The notes below the pieces were generated by a model. That model saw nothing but the letters and a program-made list of their open reading frames with translations. It was not told the origin of the DNA and made no database searches. The position numbers and the translations under genes are program-made. From Thraustochytrium aureum (Eukaryota), in the NCBI GenBank assembly GCA_012862495.1, contig BLSG01000077.1, positions 39,411 through 102,537 on the forward strand: DNA of 63,127 bases, given 5' to 3'. This document shows, in pieces, positions 45,801-58,369 of this stretch; the first letter of the stretch is position 1; each line of letters begins with the position of its first letter.

Positions 45801-48800
45801 CTGAGAACCTCGTTTTCCTGGAGATTGAGATGCACAAGCAGCTGATGCTCAAACTCAAGGTTTTGGGCATGAACGCCGCGTTTGGGCTGCGAACGCAGGT
45901 TCACATTGGCCAGTCCCTGATTGTAGGCGTGACAACTGCAACTGCGGTGCACTCTCCCGCGCTCCCGCCGCCTGCCGTGCTCCGCATCCACCGCAACATC
46001 GCGGTTGAGGATCAGGAGGACCGAGACTTGATGTCGATCCAAAACCGTATTGAGCGGACTGCCGCAAGCAATCGAGAACGTCTCCTTTCTCTCGCCACCG
46101 TCGAGGCCGATGCTTACAGGCGCGCGGTGCTGGAGGCCAAGCGCACCGTGAAGCGCGCNNNNNNNNNNNNNNNNNNNNNNNNNNNNNNNNNNNNNNNNNN
46201 NNNNNNNNNNNNNNNNNNNNNNNNNNNNNNNNNNNNNNNNNNNNNNNNNNNNNNNNNNNNNNNNNNNNNNNNNNNNNNNNNNNNNNNNNNNNNNNNNNNN
46301 NNNNNNNNNNNNNNNNNNNNNNNNNNNNNNNNNNNNNNNNNNNNNNNNNNNNNNNNNNNNNNNNNNNNNNNNNNNNNNNNNNNNNNNNNNNNNNNNNNNN
46401 NNNNNNNNNNNNNNNNNNNNNNNNNNNNNNNNNNNNNNNNNNNNNNNNNNNNNNNNNNNNNNNNNNNNNNNNNNNNNNNNNNNNNNNNNNNNNNNNNNNN
46501 NNNNNNNNNNNNNNNNNNNNNNNNNNNNNNNNNNNNNNNNNNNNNNNNNNNNNNNNNNNNNNNNNNNNNNNNNNNNNNNNNNNNNNNNNNNNNNNNNNNN
46601 NNNNNNNNNNNNNNNNNNNNNNNNNNNNNNNNNNNNNNNNNNNNNNNNNNNNNNNNNNNNNNNNNNNNNNNNNNNNNNNNNNNNNNNNNNNNNNNNNNNN
46701 NNNNNNNNNNNNNNNNNNNNNNNNNNNNNNNNNNNNNGACAGAGCAAGGCAGTTAGGGCCAAGCCCGCGCGCGCCGGTAGGCAAGACGTCAAGCTCTTCT
46801 ATGCTGGGGGGCGTTGGCGCCACCACCGATTTGGGCGACAAATCCGCTGGCGCGGAGAAGGAGAAGAGCGTGTGGCGCAGGCTCCGAGCCAAAACGCGTG
46901 ACCTGAAAGGCGGTGCAGGCGCAGGCAATCATGGAGCCACGGCTTCCGGCGGGGTTGGCGGGGTCGCCAGCAAAGCAAAGCAAGGAAAGCATCGGCGGCA
47001 AACAAGCGCCGAATCGCCAGGCGAGAGCTCGGACATCGTTGGCCAGGTTGGAAACAAGGACGTGCTCAATTCGCCGCGAGGGCGGCACAACTCGGACTCA
47101 AATTTGGTTTTGCAAAGCTTTGCTGCTGGCTTTGCCGGGGCCGCGGGTCGGCAGTGTCAGGGGGGTCGAAGCCGCCCACGCCGACTGGATCAGACGGGCA
47201 GCAACAGCCAAACGCAGGCGGCACGCGGGACAAGAAGAAGCGCGAAAACACGCCAGCCAGCAGTGCTAGCGAAGCGGACGCGGCGAGTGCGAGCAACAAG
47301 GGGGTGTTCGCTCCGTTTTACCGGTCCAAGTCGGCCAAGAAGCGCAGCCCTGCGAGCGCCACTACGGCCCAGTTGTCTGACCAAGCAGATTCGTATGCCG
47401 GGCAAGAGTCGCGTGGCGCGGGGGGGGCGCTTCGAGGCCCGGGGCCCAAAGCAGACGTTGAGCGCACTTCACCTGCGGTTCCCATCATCGAAGGCGTGGC
47501 AGGCATCCCAGGCCCCATCCAGAGCCAGCCCGGCGCAGAGCGACCGGAGAAACGAGGCGGGATCGGGCTGATCCAAAAGCTGCGTCGCGGTCATACGCAC
47601 AGCTCTGGTTCTCGCGGTGCGGCTGCACGCAGACCCGCCCCGCCAGACCCGCTAGAGTATGGCGGGGACGACGAGGCCGAAGAGGGCGACGCGGCGCCCG
47701 CCCAGAGCGTTCTTGGAAGGTCTGCCTCTCCCCGGCACGAGAGCAACACCGCTGGAAGCCACCGACGGCACAAGGACAAGCGGCGGTTTAAGCGCAAGTC
47801 GCGCCGCAAGCACGGGCAGACGCGGCGGCACAGGGACCACTCGTCGGTTTCGGGTGAGTCTGTGAGCTCCACTACTGGCAACTCGGCGTTGTCAGGCGCG
47901 TCGTCGGGGTCCTCGTCGTCCTCGTCGAGTTCGTCCACGGGTTCAAGCTCGTCTGCCGGGGACTCTCAGTCCCTTATCGGACGTGGACGCAGCCGTTCCA
48001 AGGTCAAGTCGGCGAAAGAGGCAGGTCGGTGCCGAAGCCTCAGCGCGCAGGACGCCCGAGCCGCATCTGGCGACGAAAGCAGCGGCTCGTCTTCCTCATC
48101 CTCCTCGTCAGAATCGTCTTCTTCCTCATCCTCGTTCACCTCTGCGTCTTCGCTGTCGCATGTGGGGGCCAGTGCGAGACCTCGGCGGCGCTCAGATGGC
48201 TCGCCTGGGGGCTCTGCGGCCTCGGGCGGCTCCGGGCCGACGTTGGGAGCCGCAGCATCGCAGAGGAGAAAAGCCAGGTCTTCGTCTGTGTCGAGCATCA
48301 ACTTGTTGCAACCGCACCCGTCGCTTACGTCGCCGCGGATGTCGGTCGGCTCCTCTCTCATCTCACCCGTGGGCTCCATGCCCGAGTCGTCCTCGGTGTG
48401 GCGTTCGTGGCGCAAGCGCGTGTCGCTTTCCAATCCTCGCGAGCCACGGCCGGCGGGTGCACTCCGTGGCAGCGAAGACGAGTCGTCGGACGTCTCGAGC
48501 TCGTCCATGTCCTCCTCGGATGAGGAAGACGGCGTGGACGCGGCGCAGGCCGAGCTGCTCTTGGCAGACTTGCAAGGGGACAAGAGGACGTTCGTCGTGG
48601 AGGTTGACGACGAGACAGACGAGGACGTAATGGCGGTTGTTCTTGACAAGCAACTGCCGACGGGCATCATGCTGTGCAACACCGAGGTGCTTCCGCAGTC
48701 GGGCGTGATGCAGTCCGGCCCGTCGCGCAAAGAGCAGATGGTGACTTTGATGATGCGCAAGCGGATGGACGAGTCGCGCCCAACGCGCCTCAACATCCAA

Positions 48801-50546
48801 CTCGCGGAGCTGTTCCAGGAGCTGTACGGCATGTTGGCAATGAANNNNNNNNNNNNNNNNNNNNNNNNNNNNNNNNNNNNNNNNNNNNNNNNNNNNNNNN
48901 NNNNNNNNNNNNNNNNNNNNNNNNNNNNNNNNNNNNNNNNNNNNNNNNNNNNNNNNNNNNNNNNNNNNNNNNNNNNNNNNNNNNNNNNNNNNNNNNNNNN
49001 NNNNNNNNNNNNNNNNNNNNNNNNNNNNNNNNNNGAAGTTGGCGCCTTACGTGCCTTGCGCGGTGTGTGGGCTGAGCGCCGACCTGACGATTCCAAGCGA
49101 CTTTGTCGTGGAGGTGCTTTTGACAGCGATCGTGCACCGCATCGAGCTCCCGCGGCTTCCAGCGCTCGCAGCAGGGCCGCAGCTCGGGCCTGGCTCTGCG
49201 CTTGCCGATCTCATGCGCGAGGAACTGCGGGCTGGTCCCGCGAGTGGTTGGGCAGCGAGCGTGGTCCCGAGCTCTGTGGAAAGGTCGATACTTGCCACGC
49301 TGATGCAGCGCCTCAACCGGTCCGGGATCGAGTCGCCGACGTTTGGCGGTGTCGCGCTCCAGGGCGGCGTCGCGGTCGGAAGCCTCGGGGCCCCGGCGCG
49401 TGGAGCCTCGTTGAGGTCGCCGTATATCGGCGGAGTGCGCGCGGTCGCGCCAGACACAATGTCGGGGTTCTTGCTCGGTGAGGCGTCCGCAGCAGCCCAA
49501 GGGGGGCATGGTGCGCCTGGGCTGCGCCACGGCGGAGACGCCAGGCGAGCCCGAGCTGTCCCGCGACAGGGCACAGACCGGCGACGCGAGAGCCGCAGAC
49601 CCCTTGGGCACCGTCTCGGTTACGCGCTCGCAGAGTTATTTCGACCAGTTTCACAAAGAGATTGCCGAGTACGACTCCAAGATGACGGGGCCGCAGACCG
49701 GGTTTTTGGGGCCAGACGCCGACAGCATCAACGCAGCGATGCAGGCCGCGCCGGCCGAGCTGATGTCCAGCGTAACCCCAGCATCGCGCAAGCCGAGAAC
49801 TTCGCCGCTCCTGCATCGATTCATGCCTGGGAAACTGGCCCGCCACCTTCACGTTCCGCTGCCCTCTCTCCCGTCGCTCCCATTCCGGCGCTCTCACTCT
49901 GGCGGGGCAGGCGGCATGAGTGATGGGCGCCCTGGGGCTTGGGGATCCGGAGGCGGCAGCGGCGGCGGCGGCGGCCGTGGCCGCTCAGGTCTCTGCCACC
50001 GTGCCTGAGACCTTGGGGCAGCCGAGCTCGCCCAAAACGGATGACCCAAGCGCCTTTGTCGGTGAGCCAGACCACCTCGCTGGGTACAACCCGCTCCTGG
50101 CGTGGCGACCCGCGGTGGAGATCACGCCGCTCGCGTACGTGCCTAACCACAGCGTGGTTCGGTACCTTGGGAGGATAAACTTGCACTTTATCCGCGAGTC
50201 GTGGGCTGTGCGCGAGGGAGGCGGCCTGGGCCAGTTCTTCCACATGTTCCTCAACGAGGCGCTGGCGATCGCGCGAGCGCACGTCCTTGCGCTGCAAGGC
50301 AACGCGATGCTTTCTTTCAAACTAACGCCGCGCGAGTCGACAGGCAAGGCGTTGAAGTCGGTGTACAACATGATCTCTCTGTCTGGGGATGTGGCAGTCG
50401 TCATGCCAGTTGAGGCGGACCACGGCATGTTCCTTGGGCACCACGGCCGCACGCTGCTGCCTTCGCAAACGGCTCCGGCGAGTTGGTCTGGTGCCGGCGC
50501 CCGGAATGAGGCCCCACCAGTCGACGTTGGGCTCCGTGAGAGTTGA
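42859..50546 (+). CDS. C2CD5: C2 domain-containing protein 5 (KIAA0528/CDP138) homolog with long low-complexity insertions; gaps and several frameshifts
   Basis: N-terminal C2 domain (ARDLPVMDRTSNLTDAFVEIRF, MDHDVYSADDQIG, GWFPIYDT..GIRGE). EELVVESDPEYEWSDNFRTARKSNE and four YbjQ-like motifs (GGNAVIGY, CQHVIGY, GMNAAFGL, QGNAMLSF). Also RINLHFIRES. Confidence 0.88.
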
Positions 50547-51316
50547 GTTTTCGTCCTAGTTGGAGGGCTACTTTCGCGACGTCGATCTTCCTGCCATTGG
50601 GCCCTGCCCTGGGGGTTGCCGAGCTCTCAAGAGATAGCGCTAGAGCTACTCGTGCACTAGCCGACGAGGACTCGTTTTGCGTTGCGTCGGGCCTGGCGCG
50701 GAGGGCACGCAGCCCGCCGCCGACACATCACAAGTCAAAACCTGAGTAACAAAAGAGAACTCTACTTTTGTTCCTCTATCCGCACTTTGTCGTCGAGCGC
50801 CACAGCAGCAGTCGAGCCCTCTCCGTTGCGGCGCGGGCGCTGGCTGCTCCAGGGCGTGTGGACTCGCGAGCGTGCGCACCCGCGCCCTGCCCTAGGTAGG
50901 CCTTCGAGGCCCACGCGCAAGAGGACCCACATCGAGCAGGCCAGGAGGGGTTTTTTTTGCGCAACGCCNNNNNNNNNNNNNNNNNNNNNNNNNNNNNNNN
51001 NNNNNNNNNNNNNNNNNNNNNNNNNNNNNNNNNNNNNNNNNNNNNNNNNNNNNNNNNNNNNNNNNNNNNNNNNNNNNNNNNNNNNNNNNNNNNNNNNNNN
51101 NNNNNNNNNNNNNNNNNNNNNNNNNNNNNNNNNNNNNNNNNNNNNNNNNNNNNNNNNNNNNNNNNNNNNNNNNNNNNNNNNNNNNNNNNNNNNNNNNNNN
51201 NNNNNNNNNNNNNNNNNNNNNNNNNNNNNNNNNNNNNNNNNNNNNNNNNNNNNNNNNNNNNNNNNNNNNNNNNNNNNNNNNNNNNNNNNNNNNNNNNNNN
51301 NNNNNNNNNNNNNNNN

Positions 51317-51845
51317 GGCGGCGGCGGCGGGAAACGTGGACAAGGTTCCCGCAGTGGCGCCCTTGACGGTGCGCGGGGACGTGTCAGCGTTCGCGTACCA
51401 GCTAGTGTCGCACGAGGCGGTGCGCGAATTTAGCGAGCGCGGCGCGTACGGCGCGCTGGAGCAGCTCGGGTTTGAGATCGGGTACCGTTTCGTGGAGCGT
51501 TTCGTCCGCGGGCATACAAGGTTTTCGAACACGCTCGAGATCGTCAAGTTCTTGTGCAAAGACCTGTGGAACGCCATGTTTGGCAAGAACGTCGACAAGC
51601 TGCAGACAAACCACAAAGGCACATTCGTTTTGCACGACAACCAGCACATGTGGGTGGCCAACCTGGATGTGGACTACAAGAGCGACGAGTCGCTCGACGA
51701 AGCGAAAAAGTTTCTCATCTTGCCATGCGGCCTGGTGCGAGGTGCGCTCTCCAACCTCGGCGTCAAGAGCACCGTTCGTGCCGAGTTTTCCGCTCTTCCG
51801 GCGTGCTGCTTTAACGTTCAAATACACGACCTTGCCGCGTCCTGA
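51317..51845 (+). CDS. TRAPPC6: TRAPP complex subunit 6 (Trs33), 5' end in gap
   Basis: LEQLGFEIGYRFVER, LEIVKFLCKDLW, VDKLQTNHKGTFVLHD and PCGLVRGALSNLG. Confidence 0.93.
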
Positions 51846-52942
51846 CGGCTGCACTTGTCCATGATTATCTATCAATACAACGAACTCGTTTGGCTTCATC
51901 CTGACACCAGCCGACTTGATCAAGAAGCCAGCTCGCACTGAAGAGAGAACGGCTTTCTTTGGCTGCGCGATGCCTGCCAACGTCTTGCTGGTCACGGTCG
52001 CGCCAACCCGCTGCCCAGAAAAGACACGAANNNNNNNNNNNNNNNNNNNNNNNNNNNNNNNNNNNNNNNNNNNNNNNNNNNNNNNNNNNNNNNNNNNNNN
52101 NNNNNNNNNNNNNNNNNNNNNNNNNNNNNNNNNNNNNNNNNNNNNNNNNNNNNNNNNNNNNNNNNNNNNNNNNNNNNNNNNNNNNNNNNNNNNNNNNNNN
52201 NNNNNNNNNNNNNNNNNNNNNNNNNNNNNNNNNNNNNNNNNNNNNNNNNNNNNNNNNNNNNNNNNNNNNNNNNNNNNNNNNNNNNNNNNNNNNNNNNNNN
52301 NNNNNNNNNNNNNNNNNNNNNNNNNNNNNNNNNNNNNNNNNNNNNNNNNNNNNNNNNNNNNNNNNNNNNNNNNNNNNNNNNNNNNNNNNNNNNNNNNNNN
52401 NNNNNNNNNNNNNNNNNNNNNNNNNNNNNNNNNNNNNNNNNNNNNNNNNNNNNNNNNNNNNNNNNNNNNNNNNNNNNNNNNNNNNNNNNNNNNNNNNNNN
52501 NNNNNNNNNNNNNNNNNNNNNNNNNNNNNNNNNNNNNNNNNNNNNNNNNNNNNNNNNNNNNNNNNNNNNNNNNNNNNNNNNNNNNNNNNNNNNNNNNNNN
52601 NNNNNNNNNNNNNNNNNNNNNNNNNNNNNNNNNNNNNNNNNNNNNNNNNNNNNNNNNNNNNNNNNNNNNNNNNNNNNNNNNNNNNNNNNNNNNNNNNNNN
52701 NNNNNNNNNNNNNNNNNNNNNNNNNNNNNNNNNNNNNNNNNNNNNNNNNNNNNNNNNNNNNNNNNNNNNNNNNNNNNNNNNNNNNNNNNNNNNNNNNNNN
52801 NNNNNNNNNNNNNNNNNNNNNNNNNNNNNNNNNNNNNNNNNNNNNNNNNNNNNNNNNNNNNNNNNNNNNNNNNNNNNNNNNNNNNNNNNNNNNNNNNNNN
52901 NNNNNNNNNNNNNNNNNNNNNNNNNNNNNNNNNNNNNNNNNN

Positions 52943-53981
52943 ACCCAGCAGATCAAGGTGTGCATCACCGGGGCCGGCGGCTTCATCGCCGCCCACCTCG
53001 GCAAGCGCCTCAAGGCCATGGGCCGCTACGTCGTCGCCGTCGAACTGGAAGAAGCAGGAGTTCTTCGAGGAGAAGGAGTTCTGCGACGAGTTCAAGCTGC
53101 TCGACCTGCGCAACCTCGCCAACTGCGTCGAGGCCACCAAGGGGTGCGACGAGATCTACAACCTCGCCGCCGACATGGGCGGCATGGGCTTCATCCAGTC
53201 CAACCACTCGGTGCTGTTCTACAACAACACCATGATCAGCTTCAACATGGTCGAGGCCGCCCGCCGCGCCAAGTGCAAGAAGCTGTTCTACGCGTCCTCG
53301 GCCTGCGTGTACAACGAGTCCAAGCAGGAGGATGAGGCCAACCCCGGCCTCAAGGAGGAGGACGCCTGGCCCGCCCAGCCCCAGGACGCCTATGGCCTCG
53401 AGAAGCTCGCCTCGGAGGAGCTCGCCATGCACTACGGCCGCGACTTCGACTTCGCCGTGCGCATCGCCCGCTTCCACAACGTGTACGGCCCGCATGGGAC
53501 CTGGACCGGTGGTCGCGAGAAGGCCCCCGCTGCTTTCTGCCGCAAGGCGCTCACCTCCGACAAGGAGTTTGAGATCTGGGGGAACGGCGAGCAGACCCGC
53601 TCGTTCATGTACGTCGACGACTGCGTCGAGGGCATCCTCCGCCTCATGGAGTCGGACTACACCAAGCCGATCAACCTCGGCTCGGACGAGATGGTCAGCA
53701 TGAACCAGATGGCCGACGTCGTCATCGAGCTCGCTGGCAAGTCCCTCACCAAGAAGCACGTGCCCGGCCCGGAGGGCGTGCGCGGCCGCAACTCGGACAA
53801 CACCTTGATCAAGAAGGTCCTCGGTTGGGCTCCCGGGATCGTGCTCAAGGACGGCCTCAAGCTCACCATGGACTGGATCCAGGCCCGTATTGAAGAGAAC
53901 AAGTCCAAGGGCATTGAGGAGGACTACACCACCTCCAAGATCGTCACGCAGTCCACCGACTCCCTGGACAGCCTCCAGTAG
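52943..53981 (+). CDS. GME: GDP-mannose 3,5-epimerase; 5' end in gap; +1 A frameshift near 53043
   Basis: ITGAGGFIA, NLAADMGGMGFIQSNH, YASSACVY, AWPAQPQDAYGLEKL, RFHNVYGP, GGREKAPAAFCRK and GPEGVRGRNSDN. Removing one A gives VAVDWKKQEF. Confidence 0.95.
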
Positions 53982-54140
53982 GCGCTCTGCTTTGGACTCT
54001 GCCAAGGTCTGCCGTTAGCAAAATGCCGAGCTTCTTCAGAACACGCGCTTGCACACTTTGCCACTCTATTCTACCCTTCCGCTCTTGCCCACCCCGTCGT
54101 CGCGCAATGCGCAGGCTGGTCGCTCGCTGCAGCCGCACAG

Positions 54141-54379
54141 CTACCCGCGAAACTCTTGCAGCACGCGCTCCGCAGCCGCGTCCACGTGCGCGCCGTCAAC
54201 GCGCGAGCAGCCGTCGCTTGCCGCGACCCGCGCGGCCTCCTCCGCGAGCCCCCGAAGAAACGCCAAGTAGTCCACATACATCTGCGCGCGCTCCCCGTCA
54301 GCGCTCACTCTCCGCCCCGCCGGCGCGCAAGCCCACTCACCAACAGGTCCACCTTGGACGCGAGCTTGTGCGCGGGGTC
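54141..54379 (-). CDS. CENPW: Centromere protein W (histone-fold), 3' part; intron 54282-54340; 5' end in gap
   Basis: Splicing GTGAGT...GCTGAC...GCGCAG gives DPAHKLASKVDLL|MYVDYLAFLRGLAEEAARVAASDGCSRVDGAHVDAAAERVLQEFRG*. This matches the CENP-W pattern DLL...LF..RLAEE...HV.AAA...L...RG*. Confidence 0.8.
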
Positions 54380-55253
54380 NNNNNNNNNNNNNNNNNNNNN
54401 NNNNNNNNNNNNNNNNNNNNNNNNNNNNNNNNNNNNNNNNNNNNNNNNNNNNNNNNNNNNNNNNNNNNNNNNNNNNNNNNNNNNNNNNNNNNNNNNNNNN
54501 NNNNNNNNNNNNNNNNNNNNNNNNNNNNNNNNNNNNNNNNNNNNNNNNNNNNNNNNNNNNNNNNNNNNNNNNNNNNNNNNNNNNNNNNNNNNNNNNNNNN
54601 NNNNNNNNNNNNNNNNNNNNNNNNNNNNNNNNNNNNNNNNNNNNNNNNNNNNNNNNNNNNNNNNNNNNNNNNNNNNNNNNNNNNNNNNNNNNNNNNNNNN
54701 NNNNNNNNNNNNNNNNNNNNNNNNNNNNNNNNNNNNNNNNNNNNNNNNNNNNNNNNNNNNNNNNNNNNNNNNNNNNNNNNNNNNNNNNNNNNNNNNNNNN
54801 NNNNNNNNNNNNNNNNNNNNNNNNNNNNNNNNNNNNNNNNNNNNNNNNNNNNNNNNNNNNNNNNNNNNNNNNNNNNNNNNNNNNNNNNNNNNNNNNNNNN
54901 NNNNNNNNNNNNNNNNNNNNNNNNNNNNNNNNNNNNNNNNNNNNNNNNNNNNNNNNNNNNNNNNNNNNNNNNNNNNNNNNNNNNNNNNNNNNNNNNNNNN
55001 NNNNNNNNNNNNNNNNNNNNNNNNNNNNNNNNNNNNNNNNNNNNNNNNNNNNNNNNNNNNNNNNNNNNNNNNNNNNNNNNNNNNGTGGCGCAGGGCCTGC
55101 CTGCGAGGCGTAGCGCGGGGTCGCTCGGCTTGGTTTGGCTCTGGCGACGGACTCGCTCGAGATGAGCTCGCGACGACGACCGCGAGAACGAGGCGGGCCA
55201 AGCCTCGAAAGCTTGTTCAGACAACAGGGCAGCGGCTGGGACTGTCGGAGGAG

Positions 55254-57828
55254 ATGCTCGCGGCGGTGCTCGCGGCGCAAGGGGACGATGCGCAGAGCAG
55301 GGGCTCGGGCGCCTCGCCTGGGGCGGCATCTGCGAGCAGCGACGAGATTTCGGTGTCGATCAAGTCGTCGCTGTTCGACGACGACGAGGAGGACGACATG
55401 GAGGAGACTGCGAGTTTCGGCGCGAGGGCGGCGCTGGGGAGGTCGCGCGCAACGTTTGGCAGCACTGCCTCCGGTCCCAAAACGCCGGGCAGGTTTGCAG
55501 CCGCCTCGGCAGCCGCCTCGAGCCTCCTGGAGCAGCTCGAGGCTGTCCGCCACGAAAAGAAACTTTTAGAGATCGACTACGAGCGAGTCGAGAGCATGGC
55601 GCAGGCGCAGCTCACCGAGAGCGCAAGGCGATACCGCGCCAAGATCAAAGCCCTGTCAGAAAACCTACAGACGCTGCAGCGGCAGGTCCCCGAGCTACGC
55701 GAGCGCCTTGAGACACGCCGCTCTGACTTTGCCGACTTGAGCTGCTCCGCCGCGCAGTACGAGGAACTGAAGAAAGTGGCCGAAGACAAACTCTCCACGC
55801 GGGAGCTCGTTCTGGTCCGCGTGTTTGAGATCGGCGCAGCCCAGCGTGCGCAAATCGCAACGCTTAAAGAGCAAGCTGCCGCAGCCCAAGCGAGGGCCGC
55901 CGAGTGCGAGCAGCGCCTGGCAGACCACGATAGCATAGTATCGCGGCTCGAGGCGAGGCACGCGGCCCGTGTCGGGGAGCTGGAGCGCGAGCTGGCGGCC
56001 TCGAAGAGCCAGGCCGACGAAAACAAGGCCAAGTTCCTCGACTCGCTCAAGCTGAGCGATTCGCTGCACGAACGCGCCTCGCTGTACGGGCGGCTTAAGG
56101 CGCGCTGCGACGAGCTCGACGGCGACCGCGCAGCAGCGCTACACCGCGCAGAGCAGGCAGATCAGCGGCGTGAGGCCGCCGAGGAGCGGCTCGCGCAAAA
56201 GGACGCGGAGCTGCGCAACGCGAACGAGAAGCTCGAGCTCCTGTCGGTAGACAAGACGTACCTCACGCACGAGCGCGAGGACGCCAAGCAGGCCGCAGCG
56301 AGGATGGACCAAGCGCTGGAGCGCGAGCGCGACAAGTCGGCTGGCTTGAAGAGCGCATCGAAGAGCTCCGGGACCAGCTTGCGCTCGCTCGCGACAAGGC
56401 CAAATCAGAGTATGAAGAGCGCCTGACGCGCGAGGTGGAGCGCATTCGCGACACGAACGCCAAGCAGCTCGCTGAGCTGCGCGAGACCCACCTCGCTGTT
56501 GCGGAGCGGGAGGTCCGCTCACTGCGCGCGGCGCGCGAGGAGGCGCAGAGCGAGCTGCTCCACGTGCGCACTCAGCTCGACAGCGCGCGAAGCGACCTCG
56601 AGGACGCCAAGCTGGACCTGGCCACCGCAGAGGCCACTCACCAGGCGTCGCTGGCCGAGGTCCGGAGCCAGCTCAACATGCGCGTCTTCGAAACCGAGGC
56701 GCTCGCACGCACCGTTGAGGAGAAGGCCTCGGTCTCGCGCAAGTTGGAGCTCCAGAACGAGATGCTCGAGAGCAAGCTGGAGGTGCTCAAGTCAGACTTT
56801 ATCGCGCTGGAGGCGACCACTTCAAAGCAGATCGTCCAGCTCACCGCCCAGGCGGCTACTCAGGAGGAGAAGCTGCACGTCTACGAAGCGCTCGAGCTCG
56901 AGATAGACTCGGCGCTCCTGCAGCAGGCTCGCTTCAAGCTCGCGCAAGAGGAAGATCGGATGGTCTCAACCGACTCGGACGGGGACGACGCCGACCGCGC
57001 TGTGAATCGCCTCATTTCCATCGTTGGTGGCGGGGATGGTGGGGACAGGGACGAGGCATCAGGCCGCGATCCGAAATCGCCTGGCTCTCCCTCAGGCTCG
57101 CCGTCCAGCAAGCGCGACGAGGTCGACCCGGCGGCGACGCACCCCCTGCTTCCATCGCAGCCCAGCGCCGGGTCAAGCACAGCGTGCTCCTCGCTCAGCG
57201 GCTCGTCAAGGCCGAGCGCGAACTGGAGGCCGCGCGAGCAGAAGCGCGCGAGCTCCGCGGCTCGGTGGCCATCTTGCGCCGCAAGCTTGAAGAGGCAGAC
57301 GCCTTGGCGGCGGTCGCGTCGCAGCCGCAGGCCTACCTTGTCGACAAGCTCCGGCAAAAGGATTCTCTGCTGGAAACCGAGCTAGCGCGGGGCCGCAGCC
57401 TGCACGTTCGTCTGGACGGCCTCCAGAAGCGGCTTGCCGACACCGAGCGGGAAAGGGACGAGCTGTATGCAGACCTCCAGCGCGTCATCAAGGACCGGTC
57501 TGCGCTGGAAGCGGCTATCACAGAGCAGGCCAAAGCGCTGCGCCAAGCGGACGACTTGACGCGACCGCCGAGCCCGCCACCGCCGCCACCCCCGTTCGGA
57601 TCCCCAGAGGCCCGCCGCGGGGAGCCGTCGCCTTTTGACGCTGCCGAGGACTGCGCAGTCATGCAAGAGGTCGACGAGCCCGAGGGCCTGGCTTCGCTGG
57701 AGACGAGCATGATCAGCGCCGCGAGCGCCGAGACCTCGATGTTCATCCTCCACCGTGAAGACGCGTCAGGGCTCCCGCTCCCAAAGTGGTACCGCAAGTT
57801 GCGGCAGCCGGGCTCGGCGAGTCCTTGA
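55254..57828 (+). CDS. PIBF1: PIBF1/CEP90 centriolar coiled-coil protein; frameshifts near 56343 and 57167; start uncertain
   Basis: QYEELKKVAEDKLSTRELVLVRVFE, ELLSVDKTYL, KLHVYEALELEIDSALL, RRVKHSVLLAQR and SQPQAYLVDKLR recall conserved PIBF1 blocks, spread across ORFs 54156..56426, 56435..57385 and 57184..57828. Confidence 0.8.
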
Positions 57829-58369
57829 CGATATGAGCGCTTACGCCACACTCTTCGTCGAGTGCGCGAGCAAGGCCTTCTACCTACCTCTGAAACCCAC
57901 GCGGCCCGAGCCGTCCACCGCGTCTTCCTCGCCAGCGACCAGAGCGCGCCTCCAAGCGCATCATCGCAGCCGGCCTCGCAGCGCGGCGAGAGGAGCCATC
58001 TGCAGAAGCCACAAGCAGCATGAAGCGCCTTTCCTGTGGATGAACGTGCTTGTTTGCTTGCCTTGTAGTCCACGGGGCCCATCATCGCAGCCGGCCAGCC
58101 AGCCAGCTCGCAGCGCAGCAAGAAGAGCCCCAGCGACGCCATCGACCATCTGCGGAAGCCACAACGCAGCATGATGAGGTTTGGCGGCGAGCCAGCCTCG
58201 CCTGCGCACTGCGTCCACACTCGAGTCACTCCGTCACTTTCGCGTCGAGCGCTCTCGAGCCAGGGACGCAGGCGCGTTGCGTCCCGCGAGTCCAGGGCCG
58301 CAGTTGCCGCGCTGGTCCAGGCGCTGCAGGCCAGGTCGCTCGGCCAGGTCGCAGGGGCGGCAGAGAGGC

